From positions 124,001 through 188,000 of the IMG/VR virus record IMGVR_UViG_3300005965_000002: DNA of 64,000 bases. One strand, 5' to 3'. Of the stretch, positions 62,903 to 64,000 are shown one piece after another. A model generated the notes under the pieces. The model saw only the letters and a program-made list of their open reading frames with translations. It was not told where the DNA came from and searched no databases. The translations under genes and the position numbers were made by a program. Each line of letters opens with the position of its first letter. Position 1 is the first letter of the stretch.

Positions 62903-64000
62903 ATGTTACAAGCAAAAGACTTATCATTAAGTGGTAGAAGAGTTCCTTCGGGTGACAGGCCACCACCAGGCTTCAGAAAACGCAATGATATGACCTTCCA
63001 GATGGGTCTGGTCAGATTAGTCAATGTCGAAAAAATGAGAATGAATATTGAGCTGTTTGATCGTAGGGGTACTCATATTAATATACCGATCAGTCAGCCC
63101 TACTCGGGTCCGGGTAGTTATATAGCTTCTACTCCTGAAATAGGATCAATTGTTTTATTAGCAGTCCAGGAAAATCTAACTATTCCTATAATGTACTTAC
63201 CTAATTATGCTTCAGCTCTTGATCCTACTCATACTCAAATGTGGCCCGATAGCGTTGATATTTTTGCGGATAATGATTACTTCTATAGAATGCCTCAGCT
63301 CCGAAAGGGAGAAATTGGATTAGGATCTTCTGAGGGTATCGATATACTCCTAAATGATAGTTTCTCTGTCCAAAACAGTTTAGGTGATAAGCTTGAGCTT
63401 AGGAGAGCAGATAAATCTTTCATCCTTACCGCAAGAAATAGCTATTTCTTTAATGGCGGAATTTGGCTAAATTCAGGTATAATTTATCGGAATAGTCTAG
63501 GGAAGGAAAACACTCAGGACGGCCAATTTGCCCAAAGGATCCCGCTTGAGGATGGTAGGTCTGCTTTTGCCTTGAAATATTCCGGAAAGGGTGCCGAAGG
63601 TGATTACTTTTCTGAATATTTAATAGAAGCGGAAGAAAAGACTAGTGGGGATGTACCCAGTAACGACGTTAGCCATTATAAGAACATTGGGGCCCGGGTA
63701 CCTATAGCTGTCTTCAGTCTTGGAAACTTTTCAGGAAACAATCCCTATAAGAGAAAATCTTATGGTAAGCTGCTGGGGGTATCTCTATTTAACGACGGGT
63801 TTGCTGAGGATGGCGCTTTTGATTTAAGGGCTTTAAGTAATGAGGATCCAAAGCGCTACGGTATGGCAGTTACTCTGTATAAGCCTGAAAGAAGGAATTA
63901 TGAGACCGGGGCTTTTTTCGGTATAGATAAAGAGGGTCACTTTTATCAGCATATACCTGCAGCTTCTGGCGGAGGTTTAGGGCGAGGACGCTCTATGTCT
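62903..64000 (+). CDS. Baseplate spike/gp5-like OB-fold protein (partial, runs off the window)
   Basis: ATG 62903 after aagga; MGLVRLVNVE...PEIGSIVLLA OB-fold pattern; no stop found in the part I translated, and absent from the ORF track as expected if open to the edge. Confidence 0.65.
   Translation, partial: MLQAKDLSLSGRRVPSGDRPPPGFRKRNDMTFQMGLVRLVNVEKMRMNIELFDRRGTHINIPISQPYSGPGSYIASTPEIGSIVLLAVQENLTIPIMYLPNYASALDPTHTQMWPDSVDIFADNDYFYRMPQLRKGEIGLGSSEGIDILLNDSFSVQNSLGDKLELRRADKSFILTARNSYFFNGGIWLNSGIIYRNSLGKENTQDGQFAQRIPLEDGRSAFALKYSGKGAEGDYFSEYLIEAEEKTSGDVPSNDVSHYKNIGARVPIAVFSLGNFSGNNPYKRKSYGKLLGVSLFNDGFAEDGAFDLRALSNEDPKRYGMAVTLYKPERRNYETGAFFGIDKEGHFYQHIPAASGGGLGRGRSMS

Overview
This 64 kb window is the virion-morphogenesis region of a large tailed dsDNA phage with a contractile tail (myovirus-like). 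It is AT-rich, uses the standard genetic code, and nearly all genes are on the + strand. Gene order: HK97-type major capsid protein; a foreign-looking island with two LAGLIDADG-methyltransferase fusions; head-associated proteins, including an Acb1-like 2H phosphodiesterase fusion and a DEDDh exonuclease; a SemiSWEET gene plus a 1384-aa four-domain glycosyltransferase; a 1546-aa Thr-rich collagen fibre; a neck protein with a mini-intein; a lone minus-strand nuclease/Mom-like fusion; tail-fibre and beta-helix proteins; an actin-like ATPase split by a LAGLIDADG intein; then tail terminator, sheath, tube, chaperones, tape measure, baseplate hub and the start of the spike gene. A 14-bp motif ending in TAATA occurs 11 times upstream of genes and is probably the late promoter. 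I saw no tRNA, rRNA or CRISPR array. The strongest leads are (1) three nuclease + DNA-modifier fusions, (2) a possible virion glycosylation system, (3) possibly head-packaged anti-defence enzymes and (4) the phage actin. All family assignments come from motif recognition by eye, not database searches.
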